Below are positions 39,642-49,644 of a stretch of DNA of 64,000 nucleotides, one piece after another; positions within the stretch are counted from its first letter, which is position 1; every line of letters begins with the position of its first letter. A program made the position numbers and the translations under genes. The stretch spans positions 1 through 64,000 of the forward strand of contig JBIKUX010000004.1 in assembly GCA_044347345.1 (NCBI GenBank), written 5' to 3'. This DNA is from Bdellovibrionota bacterium (GTDB lineage: Bacteria; Bdellovibrionota_C; UBA2361; JBIKUX01). The notes under the pieces were generated by a model. It was not told the origin of the DNA and made no database searches. It saw only the letters and a program-made list of their open reading frames with translations.

Positions 39642-39810
39642 TCCTTTCTATCGTAACACAACACACTGTCAATAGCCCTACATATAATGTGCGGGCTGAT
39701 TTGACTAAATTAAGTGGATCAGACCAGTTGTGGTACATGGAGCCTAACAGAACAGAGTAATATCATCGGTTCTCATGTGACAACATATTGGCGAGATCGT
39801 AGGAGCGTCT

Positions 39811-40725
39811 ATGATCGGGATGCCGTTTGAGATTGGCACCATTAAACTTGTGATAGATTGCCTGTTAATGGCGATGATAGCGCTCCTTGCATATCGTTTT
39901 CTTCGATCTCCTGGTACTTCGCGAGCGTTTAAACGACTTGAAGTTTTAGAGCATTCTCTTCGAGCATTAGTCAAAGATGCTGAAACCTCGAGTAAATCGC
40001 TGGTCACAGATCTACGGGGATATCAGGGGGATCTTCGTAAGCTGTTATTAGATATTGAGACTGCTGAAACTCGACTAAACAGAGCATTGAGTAACGCAGA
40101 AGAGATGGCTGAAAGAATAGTTCAGCCATCAAAAAGTACTGTTGAGCATACTAAGTATCAAGTTCCGAGCGATCCATACCAACACCAACTAACAGATCAA
40201 AAAACATCGGAGATATTAAATCGGTTATCAGGTGAAACACTGTCAAGACAGCCTATGCAGTATTCATCAGAAATATCCTCATCTTACATAAGCGATTATA
40301 CTCCTGTTGAATTTCTTCTCGATCCGATTGAGGCTCCAGAACCGCCAAGATTTGAAATGGCGGTAAAAACTCGTCAATCTCCGAATTTACGTCCGGCATC
40401 CAATAATCAAAATATTTCTAAGAATCCATCAAATCAATCAGATAAAAGAGAGTCGCCAGTTCGATCAGTTGGTCTTGCTAGCTCAGTTGAGCGAATAAAT
40501 GAACCCTCTTCTACGGTAGTTCAAGGTAGACTGTCTGATGTTTATTCCGCTGCAGAAGAGATGCTTCGTGCTGGAAATGATTTAAATATAGTAGCAAGTA
40601 CTACTAACTTACCTATTGAACAAATAAAAGTATTGTCGCGACTCGTAAAAGAGACAAAGCCTGTAGCATCAACCACATTTGATGATGATCCGCGCTTAGG
40701 TGCTCTAAATGCAAGACGTCTCTAA
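39811..40725 (+). CDS. Hypothetical membrane-anchored coiled-coil protein heading the flg operon
   Basis: N-terminal TM, coiled coil, disordered linker, C-terminal HTH-like segment (AEEMLRAG.DL..VA..TNLP.EQI); ends 12 nt before flgF. Confidence 0.7.
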   Translation: MIGMPFEIGTIKLVIDCLLMAMIALLAYRFLRSPGTSRAFKRLEVLEHSLRALVKDAETSSKSLVTDLRGYQGDLRKLLLDIETAETRLNRALSNAEEMAERIVQPSKSTVEHTKYQVPSDPYQHQLTDQKTSEILNRLSGETLSRQPMQYSSEISSSYISDYTPVEFLLDPIEAPEPPRFEMAVKTRQSPNLRPASNNQNISKNPSNQSDKRESPVRSVGLASSVERINEPSSTVVQGRLSDVYSAAEEMLRAGNDLNIVASTTNLPIEQIKVLSRLVKETKPVASTTFDDDPRLGALNARRL

Positions 40726-40737
40726 GGAGGATTAAGA

Positions 40738-41508
40738 ATGGATAGGGGAAGTTATGCATCAGCAAGCGGAGGATTTAGGCAGCTAAGATCCCTTGATATA
40801 ACTGCGAATAATTTGGCCAATATAAGTACGGCAGGTTATAAGCGCCAAATTTTAGTCAGCAGCACGCAACGTTTTGAAGATACCTTTGCCTCACTTTTAG
40901 AAAGCTCTGACCCTTATGCAAAACTTGACCATGAAAGAACTCCTGGTTCGACAAATCTTCGAACTATGACTGATTTTTCACCTGGTCCAATAACATCCAC
41001 CGGAAATCCATTTGATGTAGCTTTATCAGAACCTAATCAATTTTTTGTCGTCCAAGGTCGTAGTGGTGAACAGTTATATACTCGAGCAGGTAATTTTACC
41101 TTAAATGACCAAGGCATACTTACAACGCAAGATGGCCTTCCTTTAGTTGGAGATGGGGGTCCCATTACAGCTAATGGCTCGGTAGTTACAATATCAGCTA
41201 ATGGGTCTGTTCTTTCTGATGGTCAACCAGCTGGACAACTTCAAATTGTAGCAATGGAAGACAGCAGTAATCTTGAAAGAGTTGATGGTACAAGGTTTAA
41301 AACTGCCAATCCTCAGTCTGGACAACCAATACCTGTTGATAATCCTGAAGTAATTCCCGGCAGTCTCGAAATGTCTAATGTCTCCACCATTGATGGAGTT
41401 ATTGAGCTTGTTTCTGCGCATAGAGGCTTTGAGATGTATACCAAAATTGCACAGAGCATTGATGAGTTAAATCAGACTGCCATTAGTCGGGTAGGATCAC
41501 GACGATAA
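40738..41508 (+). CDS. flgF: Flagellar basal-body rod protein FlgF
   Basis: LDITANNLANISTAGYK, TGNPFDVAL, YTRAGNF, LEMSNV; position before flgG. Confidence 0.9.
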   Translation: MDRGSYASASGGFRQLRSLDITANNLANISTAGYKRQILVSSTQRFEDTFASLLESSDPYAKLDHERTPGSTNLRTMTDFSPGPITSTGNPFDVALSEPNQFFVVQGRSGEQLYTRAGNFTLNDQGILTTQDGLPLVGDGGPITANGSVVTISANGSVLSDGQPAGQLQIVAMEDSSNLERVDGTRFKTANPQSGQPIPVDNPEVIPGSLEMSNVSTIDGVIELVSAHRGFEMYTKIAQSIDELNQTAISRVGSRR

Positions 41509-41553
41509 ATGATGTCAGTCAATAAAATAGAAATACCTTAAAGGAAAACGACT

Positions 41554-42342
41554 ATGTTACGATCTCTTTATACCTCTGCTACAGGTATGCGCGCTCAAGA
41601 GCTAAACATCGACGTTATTTCAAACAACTTAGCAAACGTAAATACTACAAGTTACAAGAAAGGAAGAGCGGCCTTTCAAGATCTTATGTACCAGTATGTT
41701 GTTGAGCCAGGTGCGCCAACAACTCAAGCCTCAACAAATCCATCAGGAATTCAAGTAGGACTCGGAGTAAGACCCGTAGCAGTTGAAAAAAGTTTCCAAC
41801 AAGGTGATGCCATCTCTACAAATAATCCTCTTGATATCGCTATAGAAGGAGACGGGTTCTTTCAGATTGCAAGACCTGACGGAACTATATTTTACACTCG
41901 AGCTGGGAACTTCACTCTCGATGCACAAGGTATCATGGTAACAGCTGAGGGTTATCCACTTGATCCAGCTATTACCATTCCGCCTGATTCGTTAGCTGTA
42001 GTAATTGGGGAAGATGGAAGTGTAAACGTTCGGCAACCAGGCGCCGCACAACCTGCTCAAGTAGGACAAATAACAGGTGTAAGATTCCCAAATAAGGCTG
42101 GACTTAGAGCTGTTGGAAGAAATCTTTATCAGGAAACATTAGCTAGTGGGCAACCTGTACAAGGAATATTTGGGGAGCAGGGCTTTGGCACATTATCTCA
42201 AGGATATCTCGAAAGTAGTAACGTAAGTGTTGTAGAGCAAGTGGTCAGTATGATTACCGCTCAAAGAGCTTACGAAGCTAACTCAAAAGGAATTCAAACC
42301 TCTGATGATATGTTAAACCAAGCCATAAATCTTAAACGGTGA
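41554..42342 (+). CDS. flgG: Flagellar basal-body rod protein FlgG
   Basis: [46 protein letters not shown]. Confidence 0.96.
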   Translation: MLRSLYTSATGMRAQELNIDVISNNLANVNTTSYKKGRAAFQDLMYQYVVEPGAPTTQASTNPSGIQVGLGVRPVAVEKSFQQGDAISTNNPLDIAIEGDGFFQIARPDGTIFYTRAGNFTLDAQGIMVTAEGYPLDPAITIPPDSLAVVIGEDGSVNVRQPGAAQPAQVGQITGVRFPNKAGLRAVGRNLYQETLASGQPVQGIFGEQGFGTLSQGYLESSNVSVVEQVVSMITAQRAYEANSKGIQTSDDMLNQAINLKR

Positions 42343-42345
42343 TAG

Positions 42346-43338
42346 ATGACAATAAATAATCTCATTTTATCAATTCTAATTGCCGCTAGCGTAAATTTAG
42401 TTTTAGGTGGAACTCCAAACTATCTAGTTGCAGAGGATAGTTTTCCGATTAGGCTTGTAGGACGAAGCACAGTTTCTGTTACTGTAGCTACAATAAGTCT
42501 TGGTGATATAGCTGATATACTTGTGTCAAACCCAATCTATGATAAAGACGTACTTCGCATAAAACAGATAGAGTTGGCCAAGAGCCCGCCACCTGGAAAA
42601 AATACAACAATATCTGGATTAGATATTGTTGATATCATGCGACGTGAACAAGTAAATTTATCTATTGTAGGTTATCAAATTCCACAAACAATAACGGTAA
42701 AAAGATCAGGAAGAGAGCTAACTTCAGTTGAGGCTGAAACTGCAATAAACTCATTTCTGACAGATAACGGAAGAGACGCTCTTTTGAAAGGAATAGACCT
42801 TCCACCGAATAGAACAATTTTTTCCGGACCAGTAAATATAAAAGCATTACTTCGTGGTGAGTCTCTTAAAGGCCGAACTACGTTTGCAATATCAGTGCGG
42901 ATGCAGGATAGCCCGGAAGAACTCTTGATACCTGTAATAGCCAGATTTGATGAATTTGGAGACGTTCCCGTAGCTAGTCGAAACATTGGCCGAGGTGAGG
43001 TGGTAAGAATGAGTGATTTTGTAATGGCAAGACTTAATCTTGCCCAATTACCAAGCTCTGTGCTTGATACGCCCCAGCAACTAGTTGGACAGGAAGTAAG
43101 GCAGGCAGTAAAGCAAGGTGAGCCATTTGCAAAAGACTATCTATCTATTCCGGCTGTCATTAAAAAAGGAGATAGAGTAAAGCTAATGTTCAAATCAGCT
43201 TTACTTGAAGCATCAGCTACAGGAGTAGCCTTAGCAGATGGTAGGCTTGAAGACATTATTGATGTACGTAATTCATCATCAATGAAAATTGTTCAAGGAA
43301 AAATTGTAGCGCCAGGTATAGTTAGAGTTGGACCGTGA
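42346..43338 (+). CDS. flgA: P-ring formation chaperone FlgA
   Basis: Signal peptide, SAF-like region (VPVASRNI.RG), IKKGD.V, G.AL.DG...D.I.VRN..S.KIV. Confidence 0.88.
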   Translation: MTINNLILSILIAASVNLVLGGTPNYLVAEDSFPIRLVGRSTVSVTVATISLGDIADILVSNPIYDKDVLRIKQIELAKSPPPGKNTTISGLDIVDIMRREQVNLSIVGYQIPQTITVKRSGRELTSVEAETAINSFLTDNGRDALLKGIDLPPNRTIFSGPVNIKALLRGESLKGRTTFAISVRMQDSPEELLIPVIARFDEFGDVPVASRNIGRGEVVRMSDFVMARLNLAQLPSSVLDTPQQLVGQEVRQAVKQGEPFAKDYLSIPAVIKKGDRVKLMFKSALLEASATGVALADGRLEDIIDVRNSSSMKIVQGKIVAPGIVRVGP

Positions 43339-44243
43339 TTAAAGAATCTAGAATCATATCACTATTTTTTGCTATGCACATGGCGAGTGGTTTAAATACA
43401 GGATGTACAGTTCAAACACCTATTTCAACGCGAGATCCGTCATTAGAATTTCTCAGGCGTAATCATATAGCACAAAAGAAAACTGATGACTTTTTTCAAC
43501 AACAGCATCAGCATCCCCAGGATTCTAGCTCACCGAGAGCAAGATATGCTTCATCGGAAGGAGAATTAAATAAAGAGGAGGCTTTTTTCGAACGGTCTAT
43601 TGATAATACTCCAGCGATTGTTCCAGATAGTCCGCCAGGCAAGTATACCGGACCACTTGTAATCGGTGATCCTGGAGTTAATTCTTCGTTGTGGAGAGAG
43701 AGTGCTGGTTCAATGAATGACTTGTTTCATGATTATAGGGCTTGGCAGCCAATGGATTTACTTACCATTGTGATAAACGAAAGAGCTCAGGGAAACAAAC
43801 AGGCTAATACAAGGGTAAATAAGATATCTTCATTTGAAGCTGCCGTTCGCCGCTTCATTGGGGTAGAAGCTTCCATAGCAGGGAGAAATACTCAGCTTTC
43901 ACCGGCATCACTTATAGATGCAGAAACAGGTAGTGAGTTTACAGGACAGGGGCAAACTCTTCGGCAAGATCTTTTAACTGGCACCATTTCTGCAATGGTA
44001 ACAGAGGTTTTACCATCTGGTATTCTTAGAATTGAGGGCGAAAAAATAATAACAGTTAATGGTGAAGAACAAACCATGCGACTTACTGGCTTAGTGAGGC
44101 CAAGAGATGTGAGTTCTAATAATGAGGTACGCTCAAATCAGATTGCAAATGTACGGATAGATTACTTTGGTCGGGGAAGCCTTGGTGATACCCAAGAACC
44201 AGGGTGGATAATTAAAGTGCTTCACTTATTGTGGCCTTTCTAG
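43335..44243 (+). CDS. flgH: Flagellar L-ring protein FlgH
   Basis: Lipoprotein-like signal (NTG-C), SLW, LF.D.RA, DLLTIVI.E, V.EVLP.G.L.IEG.K, G.VRP.D, C-terminal WPF. Confidence 0.93.
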   Translation: MIKESRIISLFFAMHMASGLNTGCTVQTPISTRDPSLEFLRRNHIAQKKTDDFFQQQHQHPQDSSSPRARYASSEGELNKEEAFFERSIDNTPAIVPDSPPGKYTGPLVIGDPGVNSSLWRESAGSMNDLFHDYRAWQPMDLLTIVINERAQGNKQANTRVNKISSFEAAVRRFIGVEASIAGRNTQLSPASLIDAETGSEFTGQGQTLRQDLLTGTISAMVTEVLPSGILRIEGEKIITVNGEEQTMRLTGLVRPRDVSSNNEVRSNQIANVRIDYFGRGSLGDTQEPGWIIKVLHLLWPF

Positions 44244-44255
44244 GAGTAACGATGT

Positions 44256-45386
44256 ATGAGCTCATACTATATACATAAAGGAGCGCGAGACTTTAGTTGG
44301 GTCATCATTACTATAATTTTGTTATTTTGTTTTGAGTCAATAGCATATGGTGCACGGCTAAAGGATGTAGCACAAGTCGAAGGTGTAAGAGGAAATCAAT
44401 TATACGGTTACGGAATTGTTTTTGGTCTTAACGGCACTGGTGATGGCAAGGGAGTAGATTTTACTCGTAAGGGGCTTTCAAATCTTCTTGAGCGGATGGG
44501 GATTAGAGTTAATTCTGAAGAGGTTAAGGTCAAAAATGTAGCATCTGTTTTAGTTACAGCTACATTACCACCATTTATAAGACCTGGAGCAAAGATTGAT
44601 GTTACTTTATCCTCTCTTGGGGATGCAAAGAGTCTTGTGGGAGGAACCTTACTTTTCACTACACTTAAAGGAGCAGATGGGAATACTTATGCTGTAGCAC
44701 AAGGTCCAATAAGTGTTGGGGGATTTGTAATAAGTGGAGGTGGAGATTCAGCGCAAAAGAATCATCCTACAGTTGGTACAATTTCTGAGGGAGCTACGAT
44801 TGAAAGATCAATTCCCTTTAATCTATTTCAGTCTGGAAGAGTAAGAATAGTGCTACGTCAACCAGATTTTACTACAATGACTAGGGTAGTTTCAGCTATT
44901 AATAAATCTCTTCCAGAGCCTTTGGCTGTAGCTATGGATGCTGGACTTGTTGAAGTACCACTAACTGGAGAGACTTTACGTGACCCAATCAGCACGGTAG
45001 CTCGTCTTGAGCAGGTAGAAGTTACTCAAGATACAGAGGCTAAGGTAATAGTAAACGAGAGATCAGGAACTATTATTATGGGTGAGCATGTTAGACTGAG
45101 TAGAGTCGCACTTGCTCACGGAAACTTGAGTATTTCTATTCGTTCTGAAACTCAAGTGTCACAACCTAATCCGCTTAGTGAACAAGGTAATACTCAGGTT
45201 GTAACGAATACAGATGTAAATGTAAGTGAAGAAGCACCTAGTCTCGGTGTCATTGGTGGAGAAGTGACACTTGGTGAGCTTGTAGATGCTTTAAATTCTC
45301 TTGGAGCTACCCCTCGAGATCTCATCTCAATTTTTACGGCTTTGGAGAGAGCAGGTGCTCTTCATGCACAACTAGAGGTAATGTAG
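44256..45386 (+). CDS. flgI: Flagellar P-ring protein FlgI
   Basis: RLKD...EGVRGNQL.GYG.V.GL.GTGD, KNVA.V.VTA.LP, GDAKSL.GG.L, ALERAGALHA.L. Confidence 0.96.
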   Translation: MSSYYIHKGARDFSWVIITIILLFCFESIAYGARLKDVAQVEGVRGNQLYGYGIVFGLNGTGDGKGVDFTRKGLSNLLERMGIRVNSEEVKVKNVASVLVTATLPPFIRPGAKIDVTLSSLGDAKSLVGGTLLFTTLKGADGNTYAVAQGPISVGGFVISGGGDSAQKNHPTVGTISEGATIERSIPFNLFQSGRVRIVLRQPDFTTMTRVVSAINKSLPEPLAVAMDAGLVEVPLTGETLRDPISTVARLEQVEVTQDTEAKVIVNERSGTIIMGEHVRLSRVALAHGNLSISIRSETQVSQPNPLSEQGNTQVVTNTDVNVSEEAPSLGVIGGEVTLGELVDALNSLGATPRDLISIFTALERAGALHAQLEVM

Positions 45387-45389
45387 CGT

Positions 45390-45782
45390 ATGACAGTTGG
45401 TAAATTAGGAATATTAAGTAAATCAGAATATAGCTCTAAAAAAATCTTTGAAAGTAACTCTGAACTTGAGCAATTTAAGGAAGAAAAATCTTCAAAGGAA
45501 ATTGAGAAAGCGGCAAAAGATTTTGAGGGTATTTTACTCAAACAGATGTTTGAGGCTATGTGGCAGAGTGTTCCGAAAGGAGGTATGTTTGGAACAGATC
45601 TTGCAAATGATTTTTATCATGACCTCTATCACGAAGCTCTAGCAACTTCTATAGCTGAAGGTAGGAGTATTGGTATTAGAGAAGTACTTTGTCGGGAGCT
45701 TAAAACAAAGATGGAAACTGATGAGCAGAGCGAGAACAAAAATAACAGCATCGTCAAGCCATCTGATACGTCTCAACATTAG
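45390..45782 (+). CDS. flgJ: Rod-binding (FlgJ N-terminal) protein without a muramidase domain
   Basis: AAKDFEGILLKQMF.AM..SVPKGG.FG, GI.E.L..EL. Confidence 0.85.
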   Translation: MTVGKLGILSKSEYSSKKIFESNSELEQFKEEKSSKEIEKAAKDFEGILLKQMFEAMWQSVPKGGMFGTDLANDFYHDLYHEALATSIAEGRSIGIREVLCRELKTKMETDEQSENKNNSIVKPSDTSQH

Positions 45783-45831
45783 GATTACGAATATTTCGTA
45801 TATACAGTGTTTTTATTTTACTCTAATAGTT

Positions 45832-45847
45832 TGGCCTTTAATTTGCT
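45832..45847 (+). promoter_or_regulatory. Sigma54 promoter upstream of flgM-flgN
   Basis: TGGCCTTTAATTTGCT = GG-N10-GC; palindrome TACGAA-TAT-TTCGTA at 45786-45800 just upstream. Confidence 0.65.
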
Positions 45848-45899
45848 GTTCATAGCTGGTGTGATTGGTTATTGAAAGGTACCAAAAGAAAGGAATCAT

Positions 45900-46256
45900 A
45901 TGAAGGTTCGATCAATGGATGAGCTAATACAGGGAACATCAACGACAACATCTCTTTTATCAACTAAAAAGCAGAAGAAAAATCAATCAAGAGAAGATGT
46001 AGCTCAAAGTGATGGAATAGACAAAGAAATATCGGATAAAACGGTTAATGTATCGCAATCTCGAGAGTTACTAAGTTTACTCACTGATTCAGCAGAATCT
46101 AGCGAGAGAGCAAAAAAAGTTGCTGAGATAGCTAAGTTAGTACAGTCGGGAAAGTATTTCTCTTCACGTAAAATTACCGATATTGCAGCAGCAGTAGACA
46201 GGCGTCTTGATGAATCTGTTTCGACTTTTTCACTTCTTTTAGGAGATGATAAGTAA
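45900..46256 (+). CDS. flgM: Anti-sigma28 factor FlgM-like
   Basis: D.V.VS motif and R.KKVAEI...V.SGKY; position between flgJ and flgN. Confidence 0.7.
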   Translation: MKVRSMDELIQGTSTTTSLLSTKKQKKNQSREDVAQSDGIDKEISDKTVNVSQSRELLSLLTDSAESSERAKKVAEIAKLVQSGKYFSSRKITDIAAAVDRRLDESVSTFSLLLGDDK

Positions 46257-46813
46257 TGTCATTACCGAAGCCTATCAACTTGCGCATAGGTGCACGTATA
46301 GCCCTTGAATCAGCAATTAGGCAAGAAATTTCCTCGTATATCAAGTATATTGAGTTGGCAAGAGACGAAAGATTAGCAATTGCTACGGGTAAGATAGCGG
46401 AACTCAATTCGATTACTGAAGCTAGAGAAGTAGCCCTAAAAGAAATTGAGAAGTCATTACGAAAACGTCAGGATGCAGAAGAGGCAATCTGGAGTGAATC
46501 AGAGGATTTTTCTGATGATTCCTTTCGATCGTTGCCATTAAGTATGCGTATTGAAAAAAGTTTGAGTCCAGTTGATTCCAATACGCTGATAGGGCTTGTA
46601 GCTGAATTAAAGAAAATTGTAATTGTTGCTCGTAATGAAGCTAAGGAGCAAGAGCAGATAACCTTTTTTGCTCGGCAGTTACTACACGGGATATTAACGC
46701 TCTCCTTTTCGCAAACACGACCACCTTTAAATCACTATGGGCCAACCGGGAAAATAAATTCTACAGAGAAGGCACTTTCTGACCCTCATCATGTGCCTCT
46801 TAGGAGAGTATAG
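46256..46813 (+). CDS. flgN: Flagellar export chaperone FlgN-like
   Basis: All-helical; Y..LA..ER.AI..G....L..IT..RE; C-terminal YGPTG; position between flgM and flgK. Confidence 0.7.
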   Translation: MSLPKPINLRIGARIALESAIRQEISSYIKYIELARDERLAIATGKIAELNSITEAREVALKEIEKSLRKRQDAEEAIWSESEDFSDDSFRSLPLSMRIEKSLSPVDSNTLIGLVAELKKIVIVARNEAKEQEQITFFARQLLHGILTLSFSQTRPPLNHYGPTGKINSTEKALSDPHHVPLRRV

Positions 46814-46943
46814 TTTTATCTTCAGTGTAGATTGTTCCTTAATTTCAAATTTAGTAAGAGCTTAATTATTTCAAAATAAAATGTTATAGCTAACTATCGG
46901 AGATATAAATCATTTTTACTTAAGGCATTAAATGTGGCAGTTT

Positions 46944-46959
46944 TGGCACACTTTATGCT
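46944..46959 (+). promoter_or_regulatory. Sigma54 promoter upstream of flgKL
   Basis: TGGCACACTTTATGCT = TGGCAC-N5-ATGCT, 55 nt before the flgK start. Confidence 0.7.
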
Positions 46960-47014
46960 CACGTAGATAATTTTTAGGAACTAAGGTTCATTATTCTCTA
47001 CGCGGATTAAATTA

Positions 47015-48652
47015 ATGGTATATATCCCAAAAATTCTTGGAAATGCGAGGTCATCTCTTTCTGTTCAGCAAGCCGCTATAGGTGTAATCGGTAATAACAT
47101 CGCTAATGTTAATACTGAGGGATATTCCAGACGTCGTGTAGAGACTGAAGCTATTGGTCCAGGACGATCTGGTCCAGGAGCGCAGGTTGGTTCAGGTGTA
47201 AAATTTTCAGGCGCTCGTCCGATTGTCGATCAGTATGTCCAAAATCAACTCACTACTACTAGGGGGCAAAAAGAGGCCGCTGCTATCGAGGATAGTTATT
47301 TGGCTCGAATTGAGAGGCTTTTTAGTCTCACTGGTGAAAGCCCAACTATAGGTTCAAGTATCACTGAGTTTTTTTCAGCTATAAATGACTTGTCATCTAA
47401 TCCAACAAGCTATGAATTACGTTTTAATCTACTCGAGCGAGCCAGAACTCTAACATCTACTATAAGTAGTACAATGCAGTCGCTTGCTGATATGCAACGC
47501 GAAGCTGACAACAGATTAACAGATGAGATTTCAGTAGTTAACTCTATAACCTCAGAGGTAGCAAAATTAAATGGCTTAATCATGACTCGTGAGCGTTCAA
47601 CTGGTGGAGTAGCTGCTGACGAACGCGATCAACGTGAAGTCCTATTGCAGAAATTAGCTGAGAAGATAAGTTTTACTCGTTCTGAGGTAAATGACGGTTC
47701 AGTACTGATATACTTAGAGGGAGGTCTTCCAATAGTAGTAGGTGTTGAGTCTCGTGAATTAGAGGTGACAGTTACTCCATCTTTTGGAACTCCAGCTCAA
47801 GAGACAGCTATTGGTGGAGGACATTTAAGTTATATAGTTCATGATCTTCAAACTGGCCCCATTCAGTCCCATTTTGATTTGACTCAAACGCTTCAAAATG
47901 GGTCTGGAGCTATCGGAGCACTTTTACGAATTCGTGGTTATGCTACACCCACAGAGAGCGCATTTCAAGCAAATGGTGAGATTGTTGGTGTAGCGCAGAG
48001 AGTAGAAGCGCTAGCTCGTGATTTACTTACCTCATTTAACACTACGTATCTTGGGCCCGATGAAGATGCTATTACAGCCGGACTGCAATACAGTTCGTTA
48101 GATCTTGACGGAGCAAGACCAACACAGCCTTTTGCATTTTTTACTTTTCCGTCTGCTGTAGCAAGGGATGCTGTGGCCGACGGTATTCCAGCAAACGATG
48201 ATCTAAATACTCTAGGATTTGTATCGTATGCTCGACTTATAGATGTAGCCATAACAGATCCGAGAAAAATAGCAGCAGCCAGAGATACAAATCCAGCAAA
48301 TGGAGTTATTGGATTTCAACCAGGTAATTCTGAAAATCTTCGAGCGCTATATGATACACGAAATCAACAACGTAATTTTTCTGCGGGCACTTTCTCTCGA
48401 ATAACAACCTACGACGAAAACTACAATGAGTTACTTTCCTCGGTAGGAAACACTAGATCAGCTTCTCGTGTAAATTTATCGGTAGCAGAGACAAATTTTG
48501 AAATTGCTCAAAATCGTAGGGAGCAATTATCAGGTGTTAGTTTGGATGAGGAGTTTTCGCAGTTAATACTGTACCAAAAAGCTTATGAAGCTTCAGCTCG
48601 AATGATAAAAGTCGCCCAGCAACTAATTGATGAGGTGGTAAATCTTATATGA
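47015..48652 (+). CDS. flgK: Flagellar hook-associated protein FlgK
   Basis: GNNIANVNTEGYSR, G.GV, DERDQR..L, SGVSLDEE..L..YQKAYEASAR. Confidence 0.95.
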   Translation: MVYIPKILGNARSSLSVQQAAIGVIGNNIANVNTEGYSRRRVETEAIGPGRSGPGAQVGSGVKFSGARPIVDQYVQNQLTTTRGQKEAAAIEDSYLARIERLFSLTGESPTIGSSITEFFSAINDLSSNPTSYELRFNLLERARTLTSTISSTMQSLADMQREADNRLTDEISVVNSITSEVAKLNGLIMTRERSTGGVAADERDQREVLLQKLAEKISFTRSEVNDGSVLIYLEGGLPIVVGVESRELEVTVTPSFGTPAQETAIGGGHLSYIVHDLQTGPIQSHFDLTQTLQNGSGAIGALLRIRGYATPTESAFQANGEIVGVAQRVEALARDLLTSFNTTYLGPDEDAITAGLQYSSLDLDGARPTQPFAFFTFPSAVARDAVADGIPANDDLNTLGFVSYARLIDVAITDPRKIAAARDTNPANGVIGFQPGNSENLRALYDTRNQQRNFSAGTFSRITTYDENYNELLSSVGNTRSASRVNLSVAETNFEIAQNRREQLSGVSLDEEFSQLILYQKAYEASARMIKVAQQLIDEVVNLI

Positions 48653-49644
48653 TACGTCGCATAGCAGAAAATCAAGTCGCTAAAAGTCTCCTTTCTCAGG
48701 TTCAAAGAAGTAGAGTTTCTATAGATAAGTATTCGCGAGAGATCTCTACAGGGCTAAAGACAGCTTCACCTGGAGATACTCAGAGACCAGCGACTATTAA
48801 TCAATTTCAGTCAATGTTAACAAGATTTGAAAAATTTGAAACAACATTAAATTCAGTTAAAGGCTCTTTAATGTTTCAAGATGATACACTTAGTGAAGCT
48901 CATGATATTCTTGCTCGTGCGCAGGAATTAGCTACCTCTGGAGCAAATGACACTAATTCTTCAGACGAGAGAAAGCAGATTGCAACTGAGGTGTTAGAAT
49001 TGCGTGAAGCTTTAATGCAGTTAGCAAACTCTACATATCAAGGAAAGTATGTATGGAATGGTACCATAACGAATGTTCCTCCCTTTAGCCCACAAACATA
49101 TATAGTTCCTGCTACAGGCAATTTAAATACTCGTTATTCTTTCGATTCATCGATACTTGGATCCACTTCTGAACAGTCAGTATCTGTGAGTGATCAAGTT
49201 GATGTACGCTTTAATTCACGAGCCGATAAAATTTGGTCAAATGCTATTTCGGCAGTTGAGAGGTTAGCAAGAGCTCTTTCAGGGTATGAAAGTCTTCCAG
49301 CGCCGCCGGCATTACCAGATGGCACAGGTGCCGCTTATACTTTTCCTGCTGATTTTACCCGTCAATCTCAAGATATTAGAGCATCTATAGATTTAATTAA
49401 AAAAGCGAGAGAATCTGATATACAGGTAGAAAGAGTTAGTCTTGGTGGGCGAATGGAGCGACTTGAGGTAGCTACTTCACTTATTAATCTTAGTAAAGGA
49501 TCAGCTAAACAAGTTCTTGCTGAACTTAGTGAGGCAGATATTACTGAATCAGCATCCAAGCTTTCTCTTGCTCAGACAAACCTCGAGGCATCGTTAACTT
49601 TAACCAGTAGGATACTTAACCTATCAGTACTTGATTATCTTTAA
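48649..49644 (+). CDS. flgL: Flagellar hook-associated protein FlgL
   Basis: ISTGLK...PGD, GANDT.S..ER..IA.EV, LANS.YQGKYV, C-terminal LSVLDYL; ATGA overlap with flgK. Confidence 0.92.
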   Translation: MIRRIAENQVAKSLLSQVQRSRVSIDKYSREISTGLKTASPGDTQRPATINQFQSMLTRFEKFETTLNSVKGSLMFQDDTLSEAHDILARAQELATSGANDTNSSDERKQIATEVLELREALMQLANSTYQGKYVWNGTITNVPPFSPQTYIVPATGNLNTRYSFDSSILGSTSEQSVSVSDQVDVRFNSRADKIWSNAISAVERLARALSGYESLPAPPALPDGTGAAYTFPADFTRQSQDIRASIDLIKKARESDIQVERVSLGGRMERLEVATSLINLSKGSAKQVLAELSEADITESASKLSLAQTNLEASLTLTSRILNLSVLDYL

